DNA of 64,000 nt. Origin: Octopus sinensis (taxonomy: Eukaryota). Position 1 is the first letter of the stretch. Each line of letters begins with the position of its first letter. Shown in pieces: positions 1-14,159 of this stretch. Under the pieces are notes generated by a model. That model made no database searches, was not told the DNA's origin, and worked only from the letters and a program-made list of their open reading frames with translations. Location of the stretch: positions 27,342,001-27,406,000 of the forward strand of contig NC_043012.1 in the NCBI RefSeq assembly GCF_006345805.1. The letters are read 5' to 3'. The position numbers and the translations under genes were made by a program.

Positions 1-557
1 TCAGACAGTCTATCTTTTACTTTGAGCGAGAGGCCCTTTGTCACCAGCAGAGGTAAGAGCTCTCTGAACTTTGTCCAGGCTATTCTTACTCTAGCTGTTA
101 CACTTTCAGCACACCCCCCTGCTACTGACTTGGTCACCTAGGTAACAGAAGCTATCGACTACTTCTAGTTTTTCTCCCTGGAATGTGGAGGAAGTTGTTC
201 TCCGCACATTTTCAGTGTTTATTGCTCCTGAGCATCTGCCACATACAAAAACTATCTTCCTAGTTAGCCTTCCTTTGATATTGCTGCACCTCTTATGTGT
301 CCATGGCTTACACTGGGTACATCTTATAGAGTTTCTACCTACACCTTTTCTACAGATCGAGCAGGGCCATCTACCTGAAGGGATTTGTGGTTTGCCTGCC
401 TTCCTACTTATTAGGACTTTGGTTTTCACTAGGTCTAAAGCCCTTCGATTCTAACCCTTGCTTCCACACTTGAAACTTCTCCTCTAGTTCTGGTAGTGAC
501 TCAGCAATTAGAGTAAGGCCGTCAGCATAGAGGAGCTCCAAGGGGGCATCCTGTCTT
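1..557 (-). mobile_element. RTE-clade LINE fragment (RT region with PHD-like insert)
   Basis: ORF 106..429 gives KTKVLISRK..WPCSICRKGVGRNSIRCTQC..H..C..CGRC..EVVDSFCYLG; ELLYAD motif near 520-540; same family as 42018..42983. Confidence 0.9.
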
Positions 558-938
558 GAGAAGCATCCTGTCTAGAGGAGCATCCAACTTATATAATGAG
601 ATATCACTTAAAAGGAAACACCCCAAAATAAATCAAGTTAACAGGCAAAAATTATAAAAGGTATCATGTACAATACACAACAGATGTCTTATTATACAAC
701 ACACAAGTTTTGGAAAAAAACCCAACTCACTTCCAATTCAAATAGATTTAATGTAATTTAACTTCTAAAGTTTAATAGAGAAACAGTGAGTTACTTTAGT
801 TTTCAGATAACAACTCGTTTTCTGTTTAAATAGAAATGCAAATTTTAAAATCAATAATCAGTTTGAAATTCATTTTAATATTAAATACTTTTTAAATACT
901 TTCAAGTCAAATTACACAGATGAGGAGAAAAAACTTAC

Positions 939-1026
939 CAATTTCTTGAGGTAAATTTTCCAGTTTATTTTCTTCTAAATCCAAGACTCTTAACTTTTTC
1001 AAGTTACCTATTTTTGCTGGAAGTTT
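939..1026 (-). CDS. SHOC2: SHOC2/soc-2 leucine-rich repeat protein, internal coding exon ([30 protein letters not shown])
   Basis: Manual translation; AG acceptor at 1028-1027 after a pyrimidine tract, GTAAGT donor at 938; 88 nt, phase 0 start joins the exon ending NNLLR; matches recalled SHOC2 [29 protein letters not shown]. Confidence 0.93.
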
Positions 1027-1383
1027 CTACAAAACAAAAAATACAGAAAATTATTGAAGTTCATAATTTATTATTTAAAAAGCAAGAAGTGGCAAATATT
1101 TACCAAAATGTATGAAGAATATATAGTGTTACTTTTATTGCTGAAATGATTTTTATCTGAAATAAATCCATTTGAAATCATTAAGCTTACAAAATATTTC
1201 TGTGTAATTTTTTCATGAAAGTATTTGTGATTTTCATTAATCAAATTAAATTAAAACAAAGGATCTGAAAATACTTTTGAAATTATAATGAAAATTATAA
1301 TGTTGGATTCTAAGAAGAAATTGTGGAGCAAATGACAAATATATGGGTTTTAGTCATGTTCTTCTTAAATATACAGATATATA

Positions 1384-1684
1384 CAAAGGTTGGACAAAAT
1401 AATGGAAACACCTAGCATCATAACTTTGAAATATCTATAAAACTGTCAAAAGCTTGTTTATTATTAGTGTTGTTTAATATGTTTTGCTAAAATTGCTGCT
1501 TCTTTTCAGATATCAGAAAAAGGTATTTAAAATTCATTAAAATGACAGATCTGTTGGACTCTCAAAGAGGTCAAATTGTTGGTACTCATACAATTCAAAC
1601 TTTGTACGAGTCCATACCTCATAGAATTCAAGCTTTAATTACTGCCAAATTTTAAGGTGTTTCTATTATTTTGTCCAACCCCTG
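1384..1684 (+). mobile_element. Tc1-derived non-autonomous element (MITE-like)
   Basis: About 30 bp TIRs (CAAAGGTTGGACAAAATAATGGAAACACCT / AGGTGTTTCTATTATTTTGTCCAACCCCTG), TA on both sides, remnant transposase start MTDLLDSQRGQIVG; a right-end fragment recurs at about 8260-8374. Confidence 0.85.
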
Positions 1685-2089
1685 TATATGCAGAGAATAT
1701 AATAGTTGAAATTAGTAAAAACTTTCAAGTGAAGTACAGATAACATCAGAGAAACCACTGAAATTCTCAGCACAGCAGTATAGGTCAACAAATACAACTA
1801 GACAAATGCACACCACTTTTAACATGATAGGCTTCAGAATCAACAATAAAACAAATCAAAATTTTTATAGACTTTGTACATTCAAGCTTCTTAGAAGGTT
1901 TCAGTGTAAAGGAAGGCTGAAATTAAAAGTCAAACTTTTGGTAAATTCAATGCTTAGAATAAAACTCCAAATTAACAAAATGTCTATGCTTGGTAGAAGG
2001 TAAAACAGTTAAATTAAGTCTCTTGATAATTCTATGATTAGCTATGAAGTCAATCCTTGGCTAGAAAGTTCTGTAGTTTTAAAGACATG

Positions 2090-2250
2090 ATGTGCAGGCT
2101 GTGTGGTAGGTAGATTGTTTACCAACCACATGGTTAAAGGTTCAGTACCACTGTGTGGCACCTTGGGCAAGTGTCTTCTACTATAGCCTCGGGCCGACCA
2201 AAACCTTGTGAGTGGATTTGGTAGACAGAAACTGATAGAAGCCCGTTGTA

Positions 2251-2294
<44 letters not shown>

Positions 2295-2490
2295 TGTATG
2301 TCTGTGCTTGTCCCCCCAACATCGCTTGACAACCAATGCTAGTGTATTTACATCCCTGTAACTTAGCAGTTCGGCAAAAGAGACCGATAGAATAAGTAGT
2401 AGGCTTACAAAGAATAAGTCCTGGGGTAGATTTGTTTGACTAAAGGTCGTGGTCCTGCATGGCCGCAGTCAAATGACTGAAACAAATAAA
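2090..2490 (+). mobile_element. tRNA-derived SINE with central (TA)n
   Basis: A/B-box-like head (GGCTGTGTGGT..GGTTCAGTACC), tail CATGGCCGCAGTCAAATGACTGAAAC; further copies at 20385-20775, 32672-33305, 43085-43470. Confidence 0.8.
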
Positions 2491-2737
2491 ATATATATAT
2501 ATATATAATCTGTATAAGAATATTTAAATGGATCAATGAATTATCTTTTGTTTACCGTTAACATAGAAAATTCAATAAACAGTTACCAGGGTAGCAAAAT
2601 TCACGCAAAATTCACCTATTCAAAGGTAGCAATCCCATGTTAATGTGCAGTAATTTGTGTATTATAAGTAAATAAATGGAGTTGAATGAAGATGTTAAAA
2701 GAATTTTAATAACATCTTTGTTCAACACCATTTATTT

Positions 2738-2783
<46 letters not shown>

Positions 2784-2810
2784 CACACACACATATCCTC
2801 CTCCTCCTTA

Positions 2811-4080
2811 TCATCATCATTTAACATCCATTTTCCATGCTGCATAGGCTGGACAGCTTTCACAAGAGCTGGCAAAACCAGGGACCACACCAGGTACCAT
2901 AGTCTGTTTTTATTTGGTTTATACAGCTGGATGCCTTTCCTAAGATCAACCACTTTACAGTGTACAGGGTGGTTTTTGTGGCACTAGCACCAGTGCTTTT
3001 TATGTGACACCAGAACCAATGCCAATGCTTTTTATGTGGCACCTTGATTTCAGGATATCAATTTTGAGTGGAGGGCAGGTCTTCTTGAGCACAGCAATGC
3101 ACCACATATCTCAGTCCTCTGTCATCTCCTTTGTAAACCTCAGCATTCTGATATGGCTTCAATATTTTCTCATGTCTTCCTCACTCTCCCTCTTCCACAA
3201 CTTCCTTTTACTTTGAGTGATCATTACTTCTTTATGCAATTGTCCTCAACCATCCACATCACATGACTAGTGCAGTGACTTCTCTTGCACACTGCATATA
3301 ATTTCTCTTATGGTGAACTTTTCTCTCAATACAGTAGTGTCTTTTACACATGTGCACTGACATTGCACATCCAGTGGTGCATACCAGCTTCATTCTTCTC
3401 TAATCTTCACATGTTCACTGCATTCAAAGCCCATATCTCACTACCATGTAGCATTGTAATCTGTACACATGCATCTTACAATCTTCGCCAAGCTGAACTT
3501 TCTCCATCCTATTCTTATTTTAGCAATTATAGTTTCTGTATATATTCCTCCACTGCTAATTAGGTCACCTAGGTAGCAAAAATTATCTACAACTTCCAGA
3601 GAGTCTCTGGAACATTTGAGGAAATCAGTTTCCCCATGTATCTGTAGACTTTATGCCTCTTGTACATCTTCCACATACAAACACTACTTTCTCTGTTAAT
3701 CTTCCTAATTATTCCACTGCACATCTTGTGTCTATAGCTTGCAGTAGGTACACCGAATGGAATTTCTGCCAACGCCCTTCCAACAAACTGAGCAGGGCCA
3801 ATTGGAATGGTCCTACCTGATTTCTTGCTTAATAGGACCTTGGATTTTGCTAAGTTAACTGTAAGACCCTTTGACTCCAGGTTTTGTTTCCACATCAGGA
3901 ATTCCTTTTCTAATTCTGTTACAGATTCTGATATGAGGGCAAAGTCATCAGCATCTAGTAGTTCTTCTGGCTTTCCAGTCTTAAATTTGTCTGTTATGGC
4001 CTGGAGGATGATGATGAATGGGAGAGGGGCTGAGGACTGAGCCTTGGTTGACTCTTACCTTACTAACACTAACATCTACC
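2811..4080 (-). mobile_element. Degenerate 5'-truncated RTE LINE
   Basis: (CAT)n tail at the left end, WKQNLESKGLTVNLAKSKV and QGSVLSPLPF remnants. Confidence 0.8.
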
Positions 4081-5849
4081 ACTAGCTTCCTCAGAGACAA
4101 CCATATCACAGATGTAAAAACAATAACATTAGGAATAAACACAAAAATTGAAATTCCTAATGCATCTTACCTGTTTGATTTGTTACTAAAATTATCCCAG
4201 ATGGCAAAAGAAATTCTGCCACTTTTCAAGATGAGGTATCATTAATTTGAATTAATTAAAATACATGTATAATCGGTACAAGATTTTATTCTTTCGGTAA
4301 ATATTTCGTACCTCGGTGTGAACTAATTTTTTCCACAGTTTTTTTTCGGGTGAATTCAACATATCTGACCTCCAAACCCATCGCAAGCCACCTTTTTCAG
4401 GAAAAGAAAGGTGGGCAGGGTGGTGGGGACCTCGAAGCTTCCCACCAAGGGAGTTTTGTTTCATGGGTCCTTTTTTCTTTTCTAAGTTATTTTGCATGCT
4501 TTCAATGAATGTGACATTGAAATCATGTGTAAATGGTTCCTTTTCCAAAAAAGGAAAGGTTTAGCTGCTATTTCTAGCATGCCCTGCTACCAGGTAACAG
4601 CTATTTGCATTCACATTGAAATATTTGAGTTCACACCGAAGTATTTACCAACTATTTTCTTTCCATTTATTTTTTCCCCTTTATGAAAGTCAATATTTTC
4701 TCTGTTGACATCCTTAACAGCAAGGTCATGGATCAAGTGGAAAGACATCAATCACTGTTATCTTTTGACAGGACAAAAAAAATTTCCTGCTGTCTTTGCA
4801 AGCAACAAGCAGGTAGATTTGGGTTCAAATCCAAGCAGGGCCAAACGAGGTCCTACAAGTTAATTATAATAATAAGTGGCATACATAGCGGGGTTGAAAG
4901 AACAACACGTACAATATTAAATATGCTAAGACAATCTGAAAACAATAGAAACTTTTAAATGTTTACTGGTTTTTATGAAATTTTTGCATTAACAGACTTG
5001 AGTTAATGGAACCTAAATGTAATGGAAGTTAATTAGTCTGATAATGATTTTCAAAGTTATCTTAAAAGTCAAATCATTAATGAAAATGTTAACTTCATTA
5101 ATTGATGATTAGCAAACTTATGCCCAGCTCTGATTTTCGGCACCCTCTCATATATTTTGATGCAACATCATATGGTCAGTTATGCAAGACATGCAACACC
5201 TATGAGATTATGCAATGCATCATTCATTACATAATAACTCCAAATCATTAGGCAACCACATGTAGGACAATATTTGATATGTCAGTAAAACCAGCAGGTT
5301 CAGCAGCATATGAAAACACAACAGATCAAGATAGAAGTGGGCAGGAGAATAATCAGGCAATCAGAAACTGTAGGCTGTGAAGGGAAGACAAATATCCAAA
5401 GCTGAATCCTCAAATGAGAAGAATGGTAGGAGATATCATAATAGAAGAAAACTTGAATAGCATATTTTATCTTTGACTACAAATCTACTGCTACCACCCA
5501 GAATCAGAAACAGGCAGTACAAATTCCTTATCAGAGAGATCAGCACCAAATTTAAAATTGACCCCCTCAATTCTTTGAAGTAATTGGCAGACAATAGTAA
5601 AGGGCAATGTAGCAAATTATATTTATAGTTTTGTGTAGTGTTATTATGACAGCGAAATGTATGGATAGATAAGAATGTACTGTCAATTTACATTCATAAA
5701 ATTAATATGCACAAATGTCTATAGTTCAATTACAGTAAAATAAATATAATGAATACAATGGAGTTAGTTAAGAGTATATATAGTTAATTAGAGTATAGAT
5801 AAATTATATCAAGGATTAATGTACACAGATATAAGAACTTGTTAAGGTT

Positions 5850-7215
5850 ATCGTATAAGAGATGCAGTGAAATTGCAGGTATGTTAACAGATAAGGTTGC
5901 TTTCATGTGTGGCAGATGCGCAGGAACAATAAGCATTAAGAGCATGAGGTACTTAGACTATCTCAAATGCCCAGCAGGCTCTCTAGAGATAGTAGATAGT
6001 TTCTGCTACTTAGGTGACCAAATTAATAACTGGTGAATGCTTTGAAAATATTGTTTCTAGAATAAGAATAGATTGGAGGCAGTTCAGAGAGCTATTACCT
6101 CTGTTGGCAAAAAAAAAGGATTCTCTCTTAAGAGTGAAAGGCAGATTGCATGATGTTTGTGTGCAAACAGCTATACTACATGCTAGTGAGACATGGGCTA
6201 TGGATGCAGAGGACATGCATAGAGTGGAGAGGAATAAAGGCAGTATGCTCCATTGGATTTGCAACAACAGTGCGCATGACTAACAAAGTGCAACTGTGTT
6301 AAGAGAAAAGTTAGGCATGAGAAGTATCAAATGTGGTATGCAGGGAAGGAGAATGTGTTGGTTTGGACATGTGATGAATATGAGTAAAGACAGCTGTATA
6401 TGGAAGTGCCTGTCACTAAAAGTAGGTGGTGCCTGTGGAAGAGGGGGACCCAGGAAGACATGGGATGAAGTGGTGAGGACTGATCTTAGGATGTTAGGGC
6501 TCAAGGAAGAAATGACAATGGACTGAGATGTTTGGCGATATGAAGTTCTAGAGAAGACCCAGCTACATCAGCAAAGCTGAGTGCTAGAAGTGTTGTTTTT
6601 CACACACTTTTTACCCAAAGAAACTGAACTACATCTCTTCTAAACTGCATCTTTCTCTTCCTCACATTTCCTCTTCATAAACTACGATTATCTCCCACTC
6701 CTCTTTCCTGCCCTCACTACCCTGCTCACTGTAACGTTGCTTTCTACAGCAGCATACTTGTTTCTGCCCTTGTTCTTGATCACTCTCTCACAACTTCTCT
6801 TTTTTTCCCCTTTGACTACATAACCAAGTATCTCCTTTACATCAGCACACCTGTTTTTGCCTCTCTGTCACACTAACCTTTTATCATCTGACACAAGTTC
6901 TCCTCAAATGGCCCGGCCCCTCTCAGAATTCTGGTGCCACGTAAAAAGCATCCAATCTACACTGTAAAGCAGTTGGCATTCGAAAGGGCATCCAGCTGTA
7001 AAAATCATGTCAAAACTAACCTTGCCCGTGATATTGCCAAGTAAAAAGCATTGAGTCCACTCTGCAGAGTGGTTGGTGTTAGGAAGGGCATCCAGCCATG
7101 AAAACCCTGCCAAAACAGACACAGTAACCTGGAGTAGTCTTCTACATGGCTGGCTACTGTCAACTGTTCTAACTATGCATGCATGGAAGACGGACATTAA
7201 ACAGTGATGATGATG
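5850..7215 (+). mobile_element. Degenerate RTE LINE 3' part
   Basis: CGRCAGTI..EIVDSFCYLG, LHASETWA, GRGGPRKTW; ends in GGACATTAAACAG(TGA)n. Confidence 0.85.
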
Positions 7216-7453
7216 ACAATCTATAGAAATTATAACCAGCACTGACTTTTGTTATGATGTTTTGTATCCGAGATGTCAGATGTAAACAAACAATGAGATC
7301 GAAGATGAAAAATGAGTAATGAGTCCATATGCCATATTACAGGAGTTTTGCTCTTTCATCAGTACCCGTCTAACCTCTTTCTCATCCATGAACACATTGC
7401 TTAAATAACCACTTAATACAGCAGTGTAGTGTTATTAGATATACAACTTTTAC

Positions 7454-7665
7454 ATCATCATCATCATCATCGTTTGACGTCCGTTCTCCATGCTAGCATG
7501 GGTTTGACGGTTTGACCGGGGATCTGGGAAGCCAGAAGGCTGCACCAGGTTCCAGTCTTATCTGGCAATGTTTCTACAGCTGGATGCCCTTCCTAATGCC
7601 AACCACTCTGTGAGTGTAGTGGGTGCTTTTTACGTGCCACCTGCACAGGTGCCAGGCGAGGATTG
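7454..7665 (-). mobile_element. RTE 3'-end fragment
   Basis: (CAT)n tail followed by the same 3' UTR as 41300-41480 and 51592-51770. Confidence 0.8.
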
Positions 7666-10600
7666 GTGCATTTTACATATTGAACACATTCTGAAAATCT
7701 GGTGCAAAATATGGCATATACACCCATTACCCATTTTTCATCTTCAGTTATATATGCTTTCACTACACCTGTTAGTCTCTATCTACTCTTATGCATTTGT
7801 GACCTTCTTTCTTTTATTGTGTCCTGTATTCTTTGCAGGCTTTCCACTCATAGTCTACCTTACCTTCTTTTTGATGATGGAACTGGTAACTACTAACATC
7901 CTTAATTTTTCTCTCTAAAGATGGAATACTTGGCTTTTATATAAAAATCTTTACTCAATGAGATACAGCTATAAGAGACTTTATGGACAACTTTTCAATC
8001 CCTTATTTACTCCGCAATTATGTTTGAATCATAAATTACATACTCTAAAGTGATACCACATGTTCATTCCTTCTATTATATACATACAATCTAGCTGTCC
8101 TTTCACACAGAATTTCATCTATCTTTAAACCACGAGCCTGAAGTGACTTTATATATAAGGGAAATATTATTATGTATGTATATCAGAAAAAATATATATA
8201 AGTCGAAACAATTTGTTGGCCTTTTATGGTTTTTTTAAAAAATAATTGTTTGTTATATGTCCATACCTTGTAGAATTCAAGCTGTAATTACTGCCAAAAG
8301 TGGTCCTACCTTCATATTAAAATCAATTTGTTTGAAATTTTAAGGTGTTTCCATTATTTTGTTCAACTCCTGTATATATAGGATTCAACCAATGTCAAAT
8401 ACATTTTGCACCTGACGAACTCAGATTTGGCTCAAATTGTTTTTGATAATATCTCTATATGCATTAGAAACACATGCACGATTTAAAAATCTAATTGCTA
8501 AGAGTTTCAAACATATTCCCCACCAAATTTTGAGGGCTACACCCCTTGTGGAACACGAATGTTAATTTATACAGATTTTGGTGCTGAATATCTTTAAAAC
8601 ATATCATGGTATTTTACTGAAGTTGGCTACCTTGGGTAATCTGATCCCAGCCTGTCAGAACCTGTTATTAGAATTGCTCTCTCTTACTGCATTTTCAAGT
8701 TATTGGCCTTTCAAATATGAAGCTTTTCATGGACGGAAATAAATAAAAAATAATCAACATTCAAGGATCCCCCATGAGGCCAAAATGTCTAATACAAGCA
8801 AACTTCTGCTGAGTTTCTTCAATTTGAAGACTGAGCTGTCCATGATAAAAGTATTGACAATGTACAAGGCATAGCATAATATTTAGAGGCCACTGGAAAT
8901 GGTTACAAGTGAAAAAAATTACTTTTTTGACAAGTTCACCATGTGGACAATTAAACAAGGGATTGAAACTTGTTCTCTAAGAATGCATGTATCTAAACTT
9001 TGTTCGTTCAAAATTTCAACATGTTTCCTCATCTCCTTCATAGTTAACTTGGTTTTCAAATAATAGCATTTTTTAGCAAATACACTTTTGTTATATGGAA
9101 AATTATTGGATGAAGTGGACTGGCACGCACACGGTGTCCCCTAATACATTCAAGCATACACTCCTTCATTATTTATAATGAATTTCATACCCACTAGCGA
9201 ATTTGCACACACATATTTGGCATTTGTGCGCAACAGTCCTCTAAATTCAAAATATTAACACGTATCAATATATGAATATATGGTAATTATTTTGCATTCA
9301 ATTTTACCATATAATTTGGCAACTTTGAATATGAATTTAGAAGAGGCACCACTGCACATTATTAACCCTTGTGCCAGAAAGTTGGTCACGGAAACACTAT
9401 CGAAACCTTTGATGTAAATGATCAAATGGAGTGGAAATCACAGCAACTGAGGAAAGTGAAGGGTAATTTGATTGATCCTGACCCAAAGAAGGGTGGGCGA
9501 GTACTTGCTTCTGATGTCATGGAACGGATAATATGATTCCATGAGGCAGAGGAATATTTGCTTGTTTGCCCAGGTAAGAAGGAATTTGTTACTGTAAAGG
9601 AGAACAGAGTAAAGGTCCACCAGCAAAAACAGCTATTGCTTGTGAATCTGCATGAACTTTTTTATGGAATACAGGAAGAAGTACCCTGCAGATAAGGTAG
9701 GTTTTTCAAAATTTTGTGACATGCAACTAAAATGGTGAGTTTCAATAACTGCTTTAGGAATGCACTTAATATGTGTCTATGAGCAACACCAAAATGCAAA
9801 ACTTATAGCCACTGCCATTCCCGGTAGTCACAACTACAAAAAGTTATTTGGCAAAATGGCCTGTTCCATGAACAGTTGTATAGCTCCTGTGAATCATATC
9901 CTGGGAAGATTGCCTTTGAACAACATTTGTTAGACATATTTTCTTCACATGATTCTGACTCCAATAATTTAGTAACACGCAAACAGTAGGCACATGTGGA
10001 GTGGACAACCCTCTTATGCCTAACTACTCCAGTGAATGATTTTATTCAAACTGCTGCCAGCGTATTTGATTCTCTGCAACAGCATCATTTCATAGCAAAG
10101 GCTCAATCTAGTTTCCTTAGTCATCAGAAAGATAGTCTGACATCAAACAAAGCAATAGTATTGTTGGACTTTGTAAAAAATTATAGTTTTGTAGTGCAGG
10201 ACAAGGTGCAAGGGTTTTATTGGAACAATGCCCAAGCAACTATTCCCCCATTTGTTATCTACTATTAAGACCAGTGGAAACCTGCAATGCACTTCAATCT
10301 GTGTCACATCAGACTGCTTGACATAGGACACCACTACAGTGCATACCTTTATTACGAGAGTGATATCACATACAAAAAAAGAACTTCCATTCATGAAGAA
10401 GCTCCTGTACTTCAATGATGGCTCAGCTGGCCAATACAAGAACTGCAAAAACCTAACAAATCTCTCTCATTATGAGAATGATCATGGGCTAGAGGTAGAG
10501 TGGTATGGTGAAATGTTTAGCTGTCAAAGCAAGCCTACAAGCAACAACAGAAGGACATATTCTCATGGTTTCCAAGATGTATGACTGAGCATATGCAAGT

Positions 10601-11131
10601 ATTCCAGGAATAAAGTTCTTTTACATACTAGCTGCCGATGTCCAAAACGAAAACTTGCCTGCACAATTCAGCAATGCAGTGAAACTAATTGGCACACAAT
10701 CCCATCACTGCTTTATTCCTTTTTCAAGAATTGAACTGCTAATGAAAAGAATATCAGCTGATGACCATTTCACTCTTCTAAGTGAAGAGCAGCTAGCATC
10801 TGAGTTAGATATGTCAAAGTTACAGCCCTGAAAATATGTTGTATTGGTACATTAGTTGTACTGTTGAATGCTCAAATGAAAACCACGATGTATTAATCAA
10901 TTTCATGCACCAATTAATTGCAGGACTTCTATCATAACCTTCTTTGGTCTGTAGCAATGCTTATTAGGTGCCCTTACAGAACATTATCTGCTTACTTTCA
11001 GCACCCGAGAAGCAGGGACTGGTTTTATAAGCTTGCCCCTGAGGATGCTGCTCTCATCCAGAAGAGATTGTCATAATTTATATCTTGTTTACTGTCAAAA
11101 ATACCTAAGTATTATAATTGTCTATTAATAT

Positions 11132-13182
11132 TGTTACGGACCACCTGCCGTCGCTTGCCCGAACGGGAAAGTTCGCCACGGAAATTCGGAGAGGAGAGAG
11201 AGACAACAACAACAGCAGCAGGAAGAAGAGACACAGAGATACAGCGGAAGGCAATTGGCTTACATTTAACAACTAGTTTATATGACTATTACAACATCAA
11301 GTACATTTAAAGATAACACATGCAAGAAACAGGTATACAACAGGTAAATACAAGCAAGTAACAGAATCAACACATCACAGCATTTAACCCTTTCGTTACT
11401 ATATTTCTGACCAAATTACACCCCTTATGTGTTTCAATTAATTTCTAACGTAATCATAAATTTAGTCTGGTTTCATTAAACAACTATAACTTTTTTATTT
11501 ATCGATATATCAATCTGATTTTTGGAAGATAATTTAATGAAATATTCTCAACCAATTCTATACTATAATTTTTGTCACAAAGTTACTCTAATTGCAGGTA
11601 GATACAGGTAAATTCCACAAAATATAAAATTATTAAAATTTTGTTCAAACATCGCTATAGAAAATGGGTTATTAGCTAATATTCAATTGGGTATATAACA
11701 AAATTTTACGATAGAATTTGTTATTCTGGGTAACTTTCTGATACCCATAATAATATTTATGGCAAAATAGTCTTAATTACATTTAAGGTTGAGGGAAACC
11801 ACTAACTATCGTTTCTTTTGCTTTGTTTACGTTTAGCGTAACGGTTCGTCTCCGCTGTAATGATTTCAAATAGGCTCATTCGAAAAAGTAAAAAGAAATA
11901 GTCTAAGGCTTTACTCTCCTGGGAAAGTCTGTGGCTTGGTCCAGTTTCTTCAGAAAAATCACCGAAAGAAACAGTTTTTAAATTTTCACTCCATTCAGGT
12001 GCCAATCCGTTTTCTTTATCGCTATCGGAGATCTCAGATTCACTGTTTTCACTTTCGGAAAATGAAACATCAGATTCATTATCAAATACCACATGCTTTT
12101 TTTTTTCAGTCATAGAGTTAGATTTATGAAGGTCTTCAGTAGAAAATCCTTCGAATTCTGACTCACTGCTTGATATAATGAAATTCGTATCCATTTTTTG
12201 TCAGAATTACAAATTTTGAAAACACAATAGGAACAAATTTCGGAAAAAAATCTCCCAAAATTCACGGAATTAAAATTACACTTCGATTATTGTACAAAAC
12301 TGTAGTTGAACTGTTTACGAAGTATAATACGTGTTTTCACGAATGTAACTGAAGAGATTTGCTCTGATATTCTCATTTAAATATGAATAGGTAAATTCGG
12401 GCGGCTTTGGGCGGTTTGGTAACGAAAGGGTTAAACTGTCCGGTAACAATTAAACAACAACTCAATACATCATACAGGTATACCACAGATCAAAGCATTT
12501 CAAGAGTACACGTCCGGAGACAACAGCTCTGTTTCAAATCACATTAAAGTTACAGTTCAAAGGACATTAAAGGCCTATACAGTTCAATGTTCATTACACA
12601 GTTCTCTTTCCAATAACTCTGTACACAATGTCTTTACACAGTTCACATTGCTCTTTTCACTGTCTCATTTCTTTTCAACAGTCTCTTTACATCGATTCTT
12701 TTTCCTTCTTTTTCTTCACATATCAATATACAATTCACGTACCTTAGTTCCTACAAGAATAGCCAGTGTCTCATATTGCACCTCATCTCTCTCAGTACTG
12801 CTAACTCCAACCTGCTAAACGCTTGCCTTGAATTCCAAATCCTCGCTCCTAAATCCAACTGCTCGCCTTGACGACCAAATACCGACTGCCAAAAACCTCT
12901 TGCTCTGTCACTACCCTCAATCTCTCTCCTAGCTCTAATACTCCCTCTATCGCCGCTCAGATTCCTTAATCTGTCTGTCCTCATCGACGCTGTCACTGTC
13001 ACTCTCTCTCTCTCCCAGCTCTGCAATACCATCTGTCTGTCCTCCTCTAGAACGAACTTTCCCTGACCGGCAAAAGGGTAGGGGTCCTTCCAAAAGCCAT
13101 TACTCTTTCGTGAATCCGACAGAACAATCGGTTTACCCCAAAAGTAGGTCACAAGAAGTACTGTACCCGCTGAACCACAACA
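11132..13182. mobile_element. Solo LTR (Gypsy-like), about 1 kb net, interrupted by piggyBac
   Basis: TGTT...AACA termini flanked by a 4-bp ATAT duplication (11128-11131, 13183-13186); more GC/CpG-rich than its flanks; no internal coding. Confidence 0.7.
11388..12430 (-). mobile_element. Non-autonomous piggyBac derivative
   Basis: TTAA TSD both sides, TIR CCCTTTCGTTAC; ORF 11802..12194 is an acidic transposase N-terminus ending FFLLFRMSLFEIITAETNRYA. Confidence 0.92.
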
Positions 13183-14159
13183 ATATAAGTTTTTGTTAAC
13201 ATGTAATCAATACATTGTAAATCAATAAAATTTCAAATTGTAATTAAAAGTTACTTGAACTAAGTTTTTCTTTAATGCTATAAGCATTTCAGTATAAAAA
13301 CAACATTATTTAAAAATACTGAGAATGTTTTATATGTACAATAAGATCTTTGTTACCAAATAGGCTTATATCTACACTTTTACTGATCTTGTGTGATCAT
13401 GAAAACTATAGAGGTTCTCTCAGAGAATTGTATGATTTAGCTAAAAAGCATATATTTGAAAAAATTAACTATGAAGGTCATGAGAAAATATGTTGAAAGT
13501 TTGAATGAGTAAAGTTTAGATACATGCATTCTTGGAGAACAATTTTTATTCCCTTGTTTAATTGCCTACATGGTGAGCTTGTGAGTCACATATTGTCAAA
13601 AAAATGACTTTTTTTCACCCGGAACCATATTCAGAGGCCTCTAAATATTATGTTATGCCTTGTATATTTGTCAATATTCTTATCATGGAAAGCTCAGTCC
13701 CCAAATTGAAGAAACTCAGCAGAGGTTTGCTTGTATTAGACATCTTGGGCTCATGGGGGATCCTCAAATGTTAATTTTTTAAAATTTCCACTCATGAAAA
13801 GGTTCATATTTGAAAGGTCAATAACTTGTAAATGCACAAAGATAGAGGAATTCTGATAACAGATTCTGCCAGGCTGGGTTCAGATTACCCAGGGTAGCCA
13901 ATTTCAGTTAAATACCATGATATGTTTTAAAGATAGTCAGCACCAAAATCTGTATAACTTGACATTCACACTCCATGAGGGATGTGGCCCTCAAATTTTG
14001 GTTGAGCACATGTTTGAAACCCTCAAGAGGTTGAACCCGAAAAGTATGCATGTATTCCTTATGCATATAGAGGTATTGGCAATAAAATTTGAGCCAAATC
14101 TGAGTTGGTCACATGTACAGGTCTGGTTGAGTTCATATGGAATATATATATATATATAT

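Larger units (their letters stand above)
8381..14133 (+). mobile_element. Long-TIR DNA transposon, Sola2-like, with decayed transposase and nested insertions
   Basis: About 700 bp inverted arms (8381-9085 vs 13430-14133); broken ORF 9430-11000 with HHFIAKAQ..LLDFVKNYSFVVQDKVQGFYWNNAQATI and NDGSAGQYKN motifs; superfamily name rests on recalled motifs and TIR length. Confidence 0.7.

Noticed and set aside
4165-4235. Possible extra minus-strand exon ending at a CAG|GTAAG donor near 4170
   Set aside because: No clear acceptor, no LRR similarity, and flanking SHOC2 exons already join in frame without it
4295-4650. Possible MITE bounded by GGTAAATA..CGGTGTGAACT / AGTTCACACCG..TATTTACC
   Set aside because: Inverted match is short and gapped, no TSD found and no second copy in the window
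7336-7364. Additional minus-strand hammerhead (CTGATGA-AAGAGC-AAAAC..GTA)
   Set aside because: Stem II cannot form and GAAA is mutated; too degenerate to call
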